IMG/VR virus record: IMGVR_UViG_2886837984_000001
Span: 1 to 64,000 of that record
DNA length: 64,000 nucleotides
Source of the DNA: a virus
Lineage: Duplodnaviria > Heunggongvirae > Uroviricota > Caudoviricetes
Strand: one strand, 5' to 3'
Shown: one piece after another, positions 48,047-57,628 of the stretch
Layout of the letters: each line of letters starts with the position of its first letter
How positions within the stretch are numbered: the first letter of the stretch is position 1
Notes under the pieces: generated by a model
The model's database searches: none
The model's input: only the letters and a program-made list of their open reading frames with translations
Told to the model about the DNA's origin: nothing
Position numbers and translations under genes: made by a program

Positions 48047-48484
48047 ATGATGGATCTTAGTAAGTTTGAAAAGATTGACGGGCGCGAGGCGCTACGACGG
48101 CTGGTTGAAGGACTCGAAATTTTCACGAACAAAGGAACCGAACTTCGCTTAAACTTTAAACATAGTCAAGTTGTGAACGGAAACAGCGAGATAGTCTCAT
48201 TATATTACCCTGTGAATGTAATTCTTTCAGGTGACTGGTATATCCCGAAACCCTTCGATGTCCGCCAAGCGATGCGCGACAAACCGGATGAATGGGTTGG
48301 GGCTTTTGAGAACGGTCAAGATAACTGGATTCAAGTAGGGTTTGACGCGATCAGCATGGCACCGGCTACGGCTTATCACGGTTACACAGGAAAAGTAATT
48401 GTAAACGAAGATAACCCCAACATTCCAACGCGTTCTACATTAGACAGTTGTATTCCAATCGAAGACGTACCGGCCGCCAGATAA
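48047..48484 (+). CDS. Hypothetical protein. It is a paralogue of 53060 to 53833.
   Basis: RBS AAGGAGGAG. It shares GDWYIPKPFDVRQAMRDKPDEWV...VGFD...IEDVP with the other copy. Confidence 0.6.
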   Translation: MMDLSKFEKIDGREALRRLVEGLEIFTNKGTELRLNFKHSQVVNGNSEIVSLYYPVNVILSGDWYIPKPFDVRQAMRDKPDEWVGAFENGQDNWIQVGFDAISMAPATAYHGYTGKVIVNEDNPNIPTRSTLDSCIPIEDVPAAR

Positions 48485-48582
48485 AAACGACATTTGATAG
48501 GATTAAATTAGACTCTAAAATCTAAATATTTCAAATCAGACGATAGAGTCTAATTATAAAAACATTCAATTTGAGGTGAAAA

Positions 48583-48843
48583 ATGAATCTGTTTATAGAG
48601 CGATTGCAAATTCTAGGACAAGTAATCTTGGTTACTGTCGTCCTAGTAGCGGTAGGTGGGATTACGGTAGGAGCAATTACGTTGGTTGCTTGGGGATTAT
48701 CTCTAATCCACCAGAACCTTCCAGGTATTCTGATATTCGCAGCAATCGGGATTTACATGACGTATCAGGCATTTCTGTTGGTTAAGTGGTTGATCGGAGA
48801 GCCGGTTATGTTGGCCTTCAAAAATCGAAAGAATAACAAATAA
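48583..48843 (+). CDS. Hypothetical membrane protein.
   Basis: RBS TTGAGGTGAAAA. Two TM helices. Confidence 0.6.
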   Translation: MNLFIERLQILGQVILVTVVLVAVGGITVGAITLVAWGLSLIHQNLPGILIFAAIGIYMTYQAFLLVKWLIGEPVMLAFKNRKNNK

Positions 48844-48906
48844 AATGTTGCTTTTAATATTTGGTACCGACATCGATGTCGGTACCAAAAGAGGAGATAG
48901 ATAAAA

Positions 48907-49149
48907 ATGAAAAAATTGATTATTGAAGTTATTTACGACAACGGGGTCAAGCAAACCATCGAAACATCAGCCGAAAACAAGGCGGACGTTTTAGGAGCCA
49001 TCAATACCGTAAAAGAATCTTACAAAGACCCTGATAAAGCGGGGTATATTCAAATCCCAGATCAAGAGAACGACTCGATTGTGTTCGTTAACCTACTCAA
49101 AACATCGAGTATCGAATTTCAGTATAAAGATCTCTTTAAAGAAGAATAA
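48907..49149 (+). CDS. Hypothetical protein.
   Basis: RBS AAAGAGGAGATAG. Confidence 0.55.
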   Translation: MKKLIIEVIYDNGVKQTIETSAENKADVLGAINTVKESYKDPDKAGYIQIPDQENDSIVFVNLLKTSSIEFQYKDLFKEE

Positions 49150-49180
49150 AATGTTGGATTTATGAGAGGAGCGATGTTTC

Positions 49181-49369
49181 TTGAGCAGGTCACTAGACGC
49201 AGAAATCGCAGTAAACGATCATGGTTGGGTTTGGGAAGAGTCTTACGACAGAAAGTTCCTTGTACCACCAGAAGGAGATCAGCGTCGAGGATGGACGGCT
49301 ATGTGGGATCAAGACGGAATACCCCATTGGCTGCCTAAATTTTCCGAAGGCGAAACAGACGACAAATAA
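49181..49369 (+). CDS. Hypothetical small protein.
   Basis: TTG start with AGAGGAGCG upstream. Trp-rich acidic protein. Confidence 0.4.
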   Translation: MSRSLDAEIAVNDHGWVWEESYDRKFLVPPEGDQRRGWTAMWDQDGIPHWLPKFSEGETDDK

Positions 49370-49389
49370 AAAATAAAAGGATGATACAT

Positions 49390-49782
49390 ATGAAAAAAAC
49401 ATTACTAGCAATCATTGGAGCAACATCATTAGCAGCGGTTCTCGCTGGATGCGAAACAGAAGCGGACGTGGTTTCTCATAACCTGTCAAAATCAGCAGAC
49501 TCGTTTGAAGTACAGCGCCGAGTCGTATTCTTTAACGGGATTACAGACAAGTATCTTTTAACAATCGAAGGACTCTGCTCGATCAGCGAGGACGGCAAAC
49601 AGCTCGAGGTGACCTGCAAAACCGAGGAAGATCGATACAAGAAACATTTCTTAGGCTTAAGCGATAACGTAAGTTACTTTGTCGAACAGACAGACGCCAA
49701 GTACGAAGACGCTTATCATTACAAAGTGTTGTTCCGACCAGAAGAGATTATTCCAGATATTGAACTTCAGTTGAGCAAATAA
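49390..49782 (+). CDS. Lipoprotein with a signal peptide and lipobox LAGC.
   Basis: RBS AAAGGATGA. MKKTLLAIIGATSLAAVLAGC. Confidence 0.65.
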   Translation: MKKTLLAIIGATSLAAVLAGCETEADVVSHNLSKSADSFEVQRRVVFFNGITDKYLLTIEGLCSISEDGKQLEVTCKTEEDRYKKHFLGLSDNVSYFVEQTDAKYEDAYHYKVLFRPEEIIPDIELQLSK

Positions 49783-49810
49783 AAATTCTATTTTATGAGG
49801 AGAGAACCTT

Positions 49811-50053
49811 ATGAAAAAAGGCACAGTAATTGAGTGTATCAAAACTGTCGAAATGAGAAACGTAGATGAAATTACATTTACAAAAGGCCGCAAATACACC
49901 ACATACCCATACACATACAAAGATGGATGGGAGGAGCCACGGCGGGTTATTTGCGCTAAAAACGATCAAAACTCTCGTCATATTATCCGAGATGTCGTAA
50001 GAGAAGATAGCGAAGAGTTTTTCAACACACATTTCAAAGTGGTAGGCGAATAA
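49811..50053 (+). CDS. Hypothetical protein.
   Basis: RBS GAGGAGAGAAC. Confidence 0.55.
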   Translation: MKKGTVIECIKTVEMRNVDEITFTKGRKYTTYPYTYKDGWEEPRRVICAKNDQNSRHIIRDVVREDSEEFFNTHFKVVGE

Positions 50054-50082
50054 AAATCTCATTTTACTAGGAGGAATGAACG

Positions 50083-50769
50083 ATGGATTGGCCTACTGAA
50101 GAAGATTATTATGACGATTATAGCGAGTTCGATGCCCAGGTGAACGACCTCAAAGAAAGTTTGAAAAAGGCAGTCAAACAAGAACATGTTGATGAGATGA
50201 ATCGAATTAAAAAAGAAAATGAAGAGTTGCAAGAGGTTAAGAAGAACTTCGAGGCAATCAAAGAAGATTACGCTCGAAAAGAGCGAGAGTTAGAATACGA
50301 ACGTAAGGGTTTGCTCGCTAAAGTTCGTCAAGAACGCTTAACAGAATTGCTCAAGGGTAGCGAGGTCATTATGTTTAAAGCAGCAACAACATATGTCGAC
50401 GCGCCCAAATGCGATCAGTGTGACGACTATCGATATATTCACTTTGAGTCGCCGTCAGGTAGAAAAATGACAGAGAAATGTTCTTGTAAAGATAGTACGA
50501 AGATGTATGTTGCAGAAAAAATTGTAAGAACTGAGTTCAAAGCAGACAACCATCGTTCAGTCCTGTGGTATAAACCTTATCGAGACAATGGAAACGTAAT
50601 GGTGCTCGACGAGCAGTTGTCGTCAGATGCTTACGACAAAGTATTTAAGCATGGTGACTCTTTTGCTAAGTTGGATCGATATCGAACCATCTTTAACTTA
50701 GAAGAAGACTGTTTAGAGTATTGCAAATTTCTTCAAAAGAAAGACGAAGAAGAGAGTAGTAACCAATAA
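50083..50769 (+). CDS. Hypothetical protein with a coiled-coil N-terminus and a Cys-rich central region.
   Basis: RBS TAGGAGGAATG. CDQCDD...CSCKD. Confidence 0.55.
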   Translation: MDWPTEEDYYDDYSEFDAQVNDLKESLKKAVKQEHVDEMNRIKKENEELQEVKKNFEAIKEDYARKERELEYERKGLLAKVRQERLTELLKGSEVIMFKAATTYVDAPKCDQCDDYRYIHFESPSGRKMTEKCSCKDSTKMYVAEKIVRTEFKADNHRSVLWYKPYRDNGNVMVLDEQLSSDAYDKVFKHGDSFAKLDRYRTIFNLEEDCLEYCKFLQKKDEEESSNQ

Positions 50770-50795
50770 AAGATGAATTTTAGGAGGCGAAAACG

Positions 50796-51005
50796 ATGTC
50801 CGAACTAACTGAACAAGATGTTGCTCGAGGTGTGTGTAAGCACCACGTTCTTCGACGAAGTTGTGAAATCTGCGATCTAGAGCACGAGAACGAAGAATTG
50901 CGGAGATGGGTGTTATGGTCAGCGCGGCGACTACATAAGACGTATAAAGATTACGTGTACGACGGGTTTGAAGAACTGACGGGCGTAAAGCCTGAGCGGT
51001 TGTAA
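50796..51005 (+). CDS. Hypothetical small protein.
   Basis: RBS TAGGAGGCG. CKHH...CEICD. Confidence 0.5.
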   Translation: MSELTEQDVARGVCKHHVLRRSCEICDLEHENEELRRWVLWSARRLHKTYKDYVYDGFEELTGVKPERL

Positions 51006-51019
51006 GAATGAGAGGAAGA

Positions 51020-51172
51020 ATGGAACGTGTCATATTAAAATGTAGTGACGAGCAGAAATACGGATTTGAATCCGCTATTGCACAACTCGGGTATAAGATA
51101 CTCGAGAGCTGGTGGGAATCCGAAGCTAACATAGTGTTCTACGTTGTTCAAATGAAAGGAATAAAACTCTGA
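51020..51172 (+). CDS. Hypothetical small protein, 50 aa.
   Basis: RBS GAGAGGAAGA. It is not in the ORF track. Confidence 0.4.
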   Translation: MERVILKCSDEQKYGFESAIAQLGYKILESWWESEANIVFYVVQMKGIKL

Positions 51173-51173
51173 T

Positions 51174-51392
51174 TTGAATGGAAGGATGATGAAGATGAAG
51201 ATTGTTACGCGAAGCAACTTTGGATTAGATTATTACAAAGAGACGGTTGTTGCAGAGAATGTTAACGAGTATTACGGAACTGAAATGGTAGAAGCTTGGC
51301 ATAAGCAGTACGGCAGCGAAAACAATTCAGAATACCTGGATCTAGTTGAAGATGATTACGAACTATATGACGGTGAAAAGGAGTTGATCTGA
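51174..51392 (+). CDS. Hypothetical small protein.
   Basis: GGAAGGATG upstream. The start may be one of the internal ATGs. Confidence 0.45.
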   Translation: MNGRMMKMKIVTRSNFGLDYYKETVVAENVNEYYGTEMVEAWHKQYGSENNSEYLDLVEDDYELYDGEKELI

Positions 51393-51619
51393 TGACTATT
51401 TATGAGTGGCATATTGATTTCGAAGGTAGCGGTGGGTTGGTTTTAGCTAAATGTAAAGAAGATGCAAAAACGAAGATTATCGAACTTTACGAATTAGACG
51501 ACTTCGCCAAAGATCATTTGCAAATTAAATATCACGAGAAACTTGATTACAAAAGATTAGAGAAAGAAGGAGAAGTACGAACAAGGTTTGGACGTGTTCA
51601 AAAACGTTTCTCCGTATAG
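51392..51619 (+). CDS. Hypothetical small protein.
   Basis: ATGA start-stop overlap. Confidence 0.5.
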   Translation: MTIYEWHIDFEGSGGLVLAKCKEDAKTKIIELYELDDFAKDHLQIKYHEKLDYKRLEKEGEVRTRFGRVQKRFSV

Positions 51620-51645
51620 AATTTCAACAATAAGGAGCTAATCTG

Positions 51646-51873
51646 ATGAGCAAAAAGACTCACGAAGACCTAATGGAAAAGTTACGATCTATTCCTGGTT
51701 ACGACGAAGCCCAAGCGAAACTAAAAGAAGGTATCGACGATCTTACCGAACAATTTCTCGAACAAGGGTTAACGTACAAAGAGGCCGTTTGGTACGCGAC
51801 ATCGATTGTGTTAAATGATCAGTACGAAGCCGGAGAAAAGTATGTTTTGAGGGGTTGGGAGATTGATGAGTGA
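51646..51873 (+). CDS. Hypothetical small protein.
   Basis: RBS TAAGGAGCTAATC. Confidence 0.5.
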   Translation: MSKKTHEDLMEKLRSIPGYDEAQAKLKEGIDDLTEQFLEQGLTYKEAVWYATSIVLNDQYEAGEKYVLRGWEIDE

Positions 51874-52021
51874 GATCACGCAAGTTTACGTGGATACTGA
51901 GCCCGGAATCAATCGATGGCTTAAAGAGAATTCTCATATGGACGTAATTGATATAAAGATGGCTGCCAACGACGAAAGCGAAGTCATTATGATCGTATAT
52001 AAAGAGTATGTAAGTGAATAA
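51866..52021 (+). CDS. Hypothetical small protein, 51 aa.
   Basis: GGGAGATTG upstream. Its start overlaps the upstream stop. Confidence 0.35.
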   Translation: MSEITQVYVDTEPGINRWLKENSHMDVIDIKMAANDESEVIMIVYKEYVSE

Positions 52022-52250
52022 AATTACGATTTGATTGGAGATGAAAATTCTTGCAAAACGATACCAGAACAATCCTGTGGGAATATGAAGATCAGCTTGA
52101 AGTCGAACTGACAGACGATATGTTTCTAAACAGTAAAATCGTGAACGGAGTACGGATGTATCCCTACATAGAAGTCGGGTTTTTCAAATATTATCTCGAA
52201 GGCAATATGGACAATTAGACGAATAAAATCTCACTTTTAGCGGAAGGAAG

Positions 52251-52766
52251 ATGAACGTGAATTCAAAAAATCTACTTACACAGAGAATGAGCGAAGAGTA
52301 TGCCAGAAGGAAAGGAATATCTGGAGACGTGATTGGGGTGTTCGCAGAGGAGTTTTACTTCCTGAGCAACTTTTACAATAGCAAAATTAATTTCAAAACA
52401 GGCCAGCGATTTCTTAATGGAGAAGCTGCTTTTCAAGCTATGAAAGATCCGTCTAGGGCAGAAGAGTTTTACAACCTTCAGCCCAATGAGGCAAAAAGAT
52501 TAGGAAGGAGAGTCAAGCTCAGAAACGATTGGGAAAGCTACAAAGACGAAGCAATGCGAAAGGTAGTTCTTCGTAAATTTCGAGGAAACGATAAGTTAAA
52601 GCGACTTCTCCTTAATACTGGTGACAGCTATTTAGTCGAAGGAAACACATGGAACGATAAATGTTGGGGAGTTTGCGCTGGAGAAGGGGAAAATAGACTC
52701 GGAATAATATTGATGGATGTGCGAGAAAAGATTAAAAAAGATAATTCTAAACTGCTAAGCAAATAA
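52251..52766 (+). CDS. NADAR-domain protein of the YbiA/DUF1768 family.
   Basis: FYFLSNF...GEAAFQAMK...PNEAKRLGRRV...WESYKDEAMRKVVLRKF...LLNTGDSYLVEGNTWNDKCWGVCAGEGENRLGIILMDVR matches the NADAR signature. Confidence 0.7.
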   Translation: MNVNSKNLLTQRMSEEYARRKGISGDVIGVFAEEFYFLSNFYNSKINFKTGQRFLNGEAAFQAMKDPSRAEEFYNLQPNEAKRLGRRVKLRNDWESYKDEAMRKVVLRKFRGNDKLKRLLLNTGDSYLVEGNTWNDKCWGVCAGEGENRLGIILMDVREKIKKDNSKLLSK

Positions 52767-52794
52767 AAGAATAATTTGATTGGACGTGAGAGAT

Positions 52795-52974
52795 ATGCAG
52801 GTGTTTGAGGTGTGGTTCAAGGACAGCGGGCATAGTCTTTATGCGAAATGGGAGCAAGACGAAAACTATACGGTTCTCTACAAGCTAGATCCTGAAACCG
52901 ACAAAGAAGTGGTGAATATGTACATCCCAACGTGTCACATTGAAAAGATAAAACCGAAACATATAAGAATTTAA
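52795..52974 (+). CDS. Hypothetical small protein.
   Basis: The ATG lies 5 codons inside the track ORF. Confidence 0.4.
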   Translation: MQVFEVWFKDSGHSLYAKWEQDENYTVLYKLDPETDKEVVNMYIPTCHIEKIKPKHIRI

Positions 52975-53059
52975 TATCTAATTAAAAAAGTATTATTATT
53001 TGGTGGTGTTGTGTGTTACTATAAACATGTAGCATCACCAATTTTTAGGAGGAATACAT

Positions 53060-53833
53060 ATGATCGATTTGAGAAAACACGAAAAAGTTAGTGGTATCAA
53101 GGGTATTCACGCTCTCTTGGATGGAAATCCTATCTACGATCGTCACGGCAACAGATTTGAGTTTGACAAAGAACACGGAACCGTATGGTTTTATAATCAG
53201 TATACGGCGCACGAAGATACGACGTCTCTCTCTTTACTTCTTCTTGAAGACTGGTATCTTAAAAAGCCATTTAACGCGCAGCAAGCAATGATCGACAACC
53301 CTGACACATGGGTAGCGGCTTACGAGACCGATGAATGCAAACACTGGTACAAGGTCGGGTTTGAGCTAGAGACGATGTCCGTGGTTACTTTGCCTTACGA
53401 AAAGGATGAGAAAGTGACAAGTAATCACGTTGGATACCTGGATGACATTGAGCTTGAGGATATTCTGAAGAAGTGTATTAATATCGAGGACGTTCCTGAG
53501 TCTGCTAAAAATCATGCTGATTTGTTTAAGAAGAAGAAATATGTGTCACCCGCATTATTGTGTTGGTTTAAAGACACATACAAACACTTGAGCGACGAAG
53601 ATCTCGATAAGGTTCTTTCTGGAATTGTGGAGTACAAAGACGACAGTATTCCTGTTGAGTTTGTATGTGGAGCTGTGATGATTCCGTACACCGGACTTTC
53701 TATGCCTCAGGTGAGGTACAAGATACATGAAGAAACGGCAAAATTATACGGTATCCGAGAGGAATTTCCTCATTTTGCCGATGATAGAGGTGTGCTGGTG
53801 ATTAAGTATAAAACACCGCAAGACGTATTATAA
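53060..53833 (+). CDS. Hypothetical protein. It is a paralogue of 48047 to 48484, with a C-terminal extension.
   Basis: RBS TTAGGAGGAATAC. It shares EDWYLKKPFNAQQAMIDNPDTWVAAYE...VGFELETM...NIEDVPE with the other copy. Confidence 0.6.
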   Translation: MIDLRKHEKVSGIKGIHALLDGNPIYDRHGNRFEFDKEHGTVWFYNQYTAHEDTTSLSLLLLEDWYLKKPFNAQQAMIDNPDTWVAAYETDECKHWYKVGFELETMSVVTLPYEKDEKVTSNHVGYLDDIELEDILKKCINIEDVPESAKNHADLFKKKKYVSPALLCWFKDTYKHLSDEDLDKVLSGIVEYKDDSIPVEFVCGAVMIPYTGLSMPQVRYKIHEETAKLYGIREEFPHFADDRGVLVIKYKTPQDVL

Positions 53834-53854
53834 AACGATGATTTTAGGAGGAAG

Positions 53855-54457
53855 ATGAAGATGGGAACGAAAAAACGAGGACAAGTACATGTAATGCTAG
53901 ATATCGAAACTTTAGGTACGGAGTCAGACACTTTAATCTTTCAGATTGCAGCATCAAAGTTCGATATTAAAACAGGTGAGATCCGCGAGAACTTCAACGT
54001 AATTCAAAACATTGATGAAGTTAAATCGGCCACAATCAATCCAAGTACATTGTTATGGTGGCTAGAAACCAACCCGTTGCTTTTGCGAGATCTGCTGGCT
54101 AAAAAGGGTGGCAAGGTTTCAGACGATATCTTGCTCGAATTCAAAGACTGGATCGATTACATTCAAGGAACACTATATGACGACGTGTTACTGTGGGGGA
54201 ATGGCGTGATTTTCGACAACCGATTCCTGCGAGAGCAGATGATTGGACGTGGATATGAATATCCAATCAAATATAAGAATGACCGCGACGTTCGGACGAT
54301 TTTGCATTTGGCTGCGGAGAAGATGGGTGTTACTGAGGTAAGTATCAAAGAACGCTTGAAAGACGATCGTCTTACCGAACATCACGCACTCGACGATGTA
54401 GAAGCTCAGGTTAAACTGGTTTCGTATTGCTATAACGTATTAATGGGCAAGTTATGA
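53855..54457 (+). CDS. DEDDh 3'-5' exonuclease, a DnaQ or RNase T-like fold.
   Basis: Exo I VMLDIETLG. Exo III HHALDDV. Confidence 0.7.
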   Translation: MKMGTKKRGQVHVMLDIETLGTESDTLIFQIAASKFDIKTGEIRENFNVIQNIDEVKSATINPSTLLWWLETNPLLLRDLLAKKGGKVSDDILLEFKDWIDYIQGTLYDDVLLWGNGVIFDNRFLREQMIGRGYEYPIKYKNDRDVRTILHLAAEKMGVTEVSIKERLKDDRLTEHHALDDVEAQVKLVSYCYNVLMGKL

Positions 54458-54816
54458 ACTGTCCATTTTGCGAGATCAAAGAGAACAAATATCAAGACGA
54501 CCTGTTTCGTGTGATCAGAGATCAATATCCGGTGTCGCCTGGACACAGCTTAATCATTCCTGTGCGACACGCTGAAACCTACTTCGATTTAACCGAAGGA
54601 GAAAAGGTGAAGATTTGGAAGTTGGTTGATCTAGTCAAAAAAGAATTAGAAACAGAGTTTGGGACAAGTTCGTTTAACGTAGGATTCAATGTGGGTTCAG
54701 TCGCAGGACAAACTGTACCACACTGTCATGTCCATATCATCCCGAGATTTGAAGGAGACATGAAAGATCCTCGAGGCGGAGTACGGGGCGTAATACCGGA
54801 AAAACAAAAATATTAA
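54454..54816 (+). CDS. HIT-family (histidine triad) nucleotide hydrolase or transferase.
   Basis: HxHxHxx motif HCHVHIIPR. Confidence 0.8.
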   Translation: MNCPFCEIKENKYQDDLFRVIRDQYPVSPGHSLIIPVRHAETYFDLTEGEKVKIWKLVDLVKKELETEFGTSSFNVGFNVGSVAGQTVPHCHVHIIPRFEGDMKDPRGGVRGVIPEKQKY

Positions 54817-54828
54817 GGGGCGATTTAG

Positions 54829-55101
54829 ATGAAAAAGTATATTATCGAAGACAAAATGAGTGTTCAAGGGTTGATGGACGAGCTAGGCAGAATGGATGAA
54901 TTACACGCCGGAAAACTTGTTCGACACGTAAAGACTAAAGGAGTTTATCGGATTAGCCACTTCAGCGTACTTAATCAGAACGGGGGTTCTGAGTTGGCAG
55001 TAAACTATCATCCTTTTGTCGAAGTAGGCGGTTACGACATTACATCGGTACGTCATACTCGATCATGCGAAGAGTTTTTTGATGGGCGCTTTGAGTTTTA
55101 A
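54829..55101 (+). CDS. Hypothetical protein.
   Basis: 90-aa ORF with GGGGCGATTTAGATG upstream. Confidence 0.5.
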   Translation: MKKYIIEDKMSVQGLMDELGRMDELHAGKLVRHVKTKGVYRISHFSVLNQNGGSELAVNYHPFVEVGGYDITSVRHTRSCEEFFDGRFEF

Positions 55102-55136
55102 GTAAATAAAAAGATAAATTTATCGGAGGGACAACG

Positions 55137-55682
55137 ATGGAATTAACAGTAATTTATATCATTTTAGCAGTATTGATCATTGGTTTATCGGTCGGAATCT
55201 TAGTTGGTCGTTCTGTTTTTCCTAAAAAAGAACAATACTATGTCGTAGATGAGCCACCAGCACAAGAGCGTACAGAAGCAGATCGTTCGAAAGATGAATT
55301 TAGAGAAGAAATGAACCGACGGAAAAACCGAGTAAAAAACTTAGGAGTTTATATGGCACGATTTATGCAAGCTATTGATAGTTACGACCTATCGACAAAT
55401 GGTAGAGAGTTTGAGGCGCTAGGATATACAAATATGTTTATCAATCACGGGCATAGCGACAGTTTTGCTACATATATCTATAAGAACAAGCAAAAAGAAA
55501 TGGACGAGTTATTAAACGATCATTTCTGTAATTTTTCTTCATGGAGCTTCTCGAAGAAGGTTTTTGAGGAAAAGGCAGAAATTATTATCGATTTAGCCAA
55601 GTCGATTGTAGATGGCTATGCGGCTTACAGTGAAGAAAAAATGAAATCAAAAATCAAAGAGGTTAAAAATGAAGTTGTTTAA
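55137..55682 (+). CDS. Hypothetical membrane-anchored protein.
   Basis: RBS TCGGAGGGACAACG. N-terminal TM helix. Confidence 0.55.
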   Translation: MELTVIYIILAVLIIGLSVGILVGRSVFPKKEQYYVVDEPPAQERTEADRSKDEFREEMNRRKNRVKNLGVYMARFMQAIDSYDLSTNGREFEALGYTNMFINHGHSDSFATYIYKNKQKEMDELLNDHFCNFSSWSFSKKVFEEKAEIIIDLAKSIVDGYAAYSEEKMKSKIKEVKNEVV

Positions 55683-55911
55683 AGAGCGGCTAAAAATATC
55701 GCTGCTAGGTGTAGGACAATTTGTCTTAATGATATTATCCTGTCTCGCTGTCGTCAGCGTTGCGATGACCATTGTGGTGCTCGTTACGATCTACGCGTGG
55801 AAAGTGGTTGTCTTTTTGATGTGGGCGGCAGGAGCAATATTTGCGCTAATAGTTTTGTTTTTAGTGACTTTCTACATCTATTGGCAATTCATTGAGCCGT
55901 TTAAGAAATAA
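55669..55911 (+). CDS. Hypothetical membrane protein.
   Basis: Overlaps the upstream gene. Two TM helices. Confidence 0.5.
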   Translation: MKLFKERLKISLLGVGQFVLMILSCLAVVSVAMTIVVLVTIYAWKVVVFLMWAAGAIFALIVLFLVTFYIYWQFIEPFKK

Positions 55912-55949
55912 GAAGAGTCCGAGAAAATCTAGTTTTTAACGGAGGAATC

Positions 55950-56318
55950 ATGGAGAAATTTAAAGTTGTTGTGGCTGGCGGACGTGAGTTTGACGACTAC
56001 GAGCTGCTTAAAAAATCCATCTCTGGCATCCTAAGAGGTCGATTTAAGCGTTCTGAGGTTGAGATAGTGTCAGGAGCAGCCAGGGGAGCGGACGTACTAG
56101 GAGAACGATTTGCTAAAGATATGAGGTGTTCGGTTAAACGCTTTCCGGCGAATTGGGACATAGGCAAGCAAGCTGGATACATACGTAATAGCGAGATGGC
56201 TGACTACGGAGATATGTTGATCGCATTTTGGGATCAACAGAGCCGTGGAACAATGCACATGATCAATCTCGCAAAGAAGAAGGGTCTAGAAGTACACGTT
56301 GTCCATTACGAAACATGA
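55950..56318 (+). CDS. SLOG-superfamily protein with a DprA/Smf-like Rossmann fold of the DUF2493 type.
   Basis: VVVAGGREFDDY...IVSGAARGADVLGERFA...IRNSEMADYGDMLIAFWDQQSRGTMHMINLAKKKG. Confidence 0.45.
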   Translation: MEKFKVVVAGGREFDDYELLKKSISGILRGRFKRSEVEIVSGAARGADVLGERFAKDMRCSVKRFPANWDIGKQAGYIRNSEMADYGDMLIAFWDQQSRGTMHMINLAKKKGLEVHVVHYET

Positions 56319-56326
56319 GGTGGCAT

Positions 56327-56737
56327 ATGCCGAAGCTAGTAGTAACACTTAAGAACGGCAAACAGGTCGAGTCAAAAGAATGTCCGTTTATACAGGCTAT
56401 TATGTGGCGCACAAGGATATTAAAAGGGGAGACGATCAAACTCCCTACTTGTGACGGCGCGATACGTATAGACGGTCGTTCGGTGGCCTTCCCGTCGGTA
56501 GAGGATTACATATTGTTAGAAACCACTCAGGCCGCTTTCTGTATGATGCTCGAGCCCTACGTCCACTATAAGAACGAGAAGGGTCAGACGTTTCAGTACA
56601 GCGAGGTCACAGGAGACTTCGAGAAAGCAGAAAGAAGAGCAAACACAGCGGTCTATTGGAGAGTCGATGCGTTACCCGATAGCACCTGGACGAGATTAGG
56701 CAAAGATACAATTATCAATAATTTGACGGTTGTGTGA
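56327..56737 (+). CDS. Hypothetical protein.
   Basis: ATG at 56327 with TGAGGTGG upstream. Confidence 0.5.
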   Translation: MPKLVVTLKNGKQVESKECPFIQAIMWRTRILKGETIKLPTCDGAIRIDGRSVAFPSVEDYILLETTQAAFCMMLEPYVHYKNEKGQTFQYSEVTGDFEKAERRANTAVYWRVDALPDSTWTRLGKDTIINNLTVV

Positions 56738-57148
56738 GTAGATTGATTCGAGTATATTGAAAACATAAAAATACAGAGGAGCGATGACGATGAAGGTGGC
56801 GGATAAAGAGTCGTATATGAAAGACGAAATTCGGCGTATGATTCAGGAGAGCGATGATCTCGCTTGGCAGCGCCAGCAAAACTAAAGAAGAAGCTCTAGA
56901 TGACAGAGCTATCGATGCTGTGTACGGGTATTTCATCAAAGATCAGAGCGGAGATACGCTCGAACAGTTCACGAAAAGCTTCTTCGGACTATGATCAGAC
57001 AGGCTGCCAATAGGCGGCCTTTTGTATGATTAAAAATAAATAAAGAAAAGTGTTGTATATCTAATTAAAAAAGTATAGAATCAAATTAGGAAGTAAGAAG
57101 TACATATCTAATCAAATTGACGTTTTATCACACAGAGGAGGAATTGAA

Positions 57149-57349
57149 ATGGTTTATTTTGAAATCGTAATGACTATGTTTCTTGCAGCTATGTTTTTGT
57201 TTCTGGCATATATTATGATGGACGACTTCTTGAGTTGGACGGGGTTTTGGGATCGGGTTCTCTCTGGGTCACTTTTATTATTAACGGGTTTACCAGGAAT
57301 CGCTTTGTTTATAGCTGCTACGCTCGATTTTTTTACGGCAATCTCATAA
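57149..57349 (+). CDS. Hypothetical membrane protein.
   Basis: RBS CAGAGGAGGAATTG. Confidence 0.55.
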   Translation: MVYFEIVMTMFLAAMFLFLAYIMMDDFLSWTGFWDRVLSGSLLLLTGLPGIALFIAATLDFFTAIS

Positions 57350-57374
57350 ATTAGGAGTTTTAGGAGGCTAAAAA

Positions 57375-57563
57375 ATGTCATTAGAAGCGGAAGTTATTGA
57401 GGCAGTACGGAAGCGGTTGGAAGAAGAAATGGAGAAAGCGGAAGCTGCGTTTAATTCCGCAATTTTCGAGCATGACGAACACTACGAAAGCGGACGCGGA
57501 GCGGCGTATGATTTCGCGTTACAAATTATCAAAACAGAAATGGGTCGTCGTGGCTTAAAATAG
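57375..57563 (+). CDS. Hypothetical small protein.
   Basis: RBS TTAGGAGGCTAAAA. Confidence 0.5.
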   Translation: MSLEAEVIEAVRKRLEEEMEKAEAAFNSAIFEHDEHYESGRGAAYDFALQIIKTEMGRRGLK

Positions 57564-57628
57564 GTGTGACGGGCGCTGACGGAGGGTTGGCGCTTTATAA
57601 AAACTAACTTTTATAGGAGGTGAATTCA

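Noticed and set aside
52051-52218. A 55-codon TTG-start ORF between 52021 and 52251
   Set aside because: It has a plausible RBS (GGAGATGAAAATTC) but no ATG start and no recognisable motif. Confidence is too low to list it as a feature.
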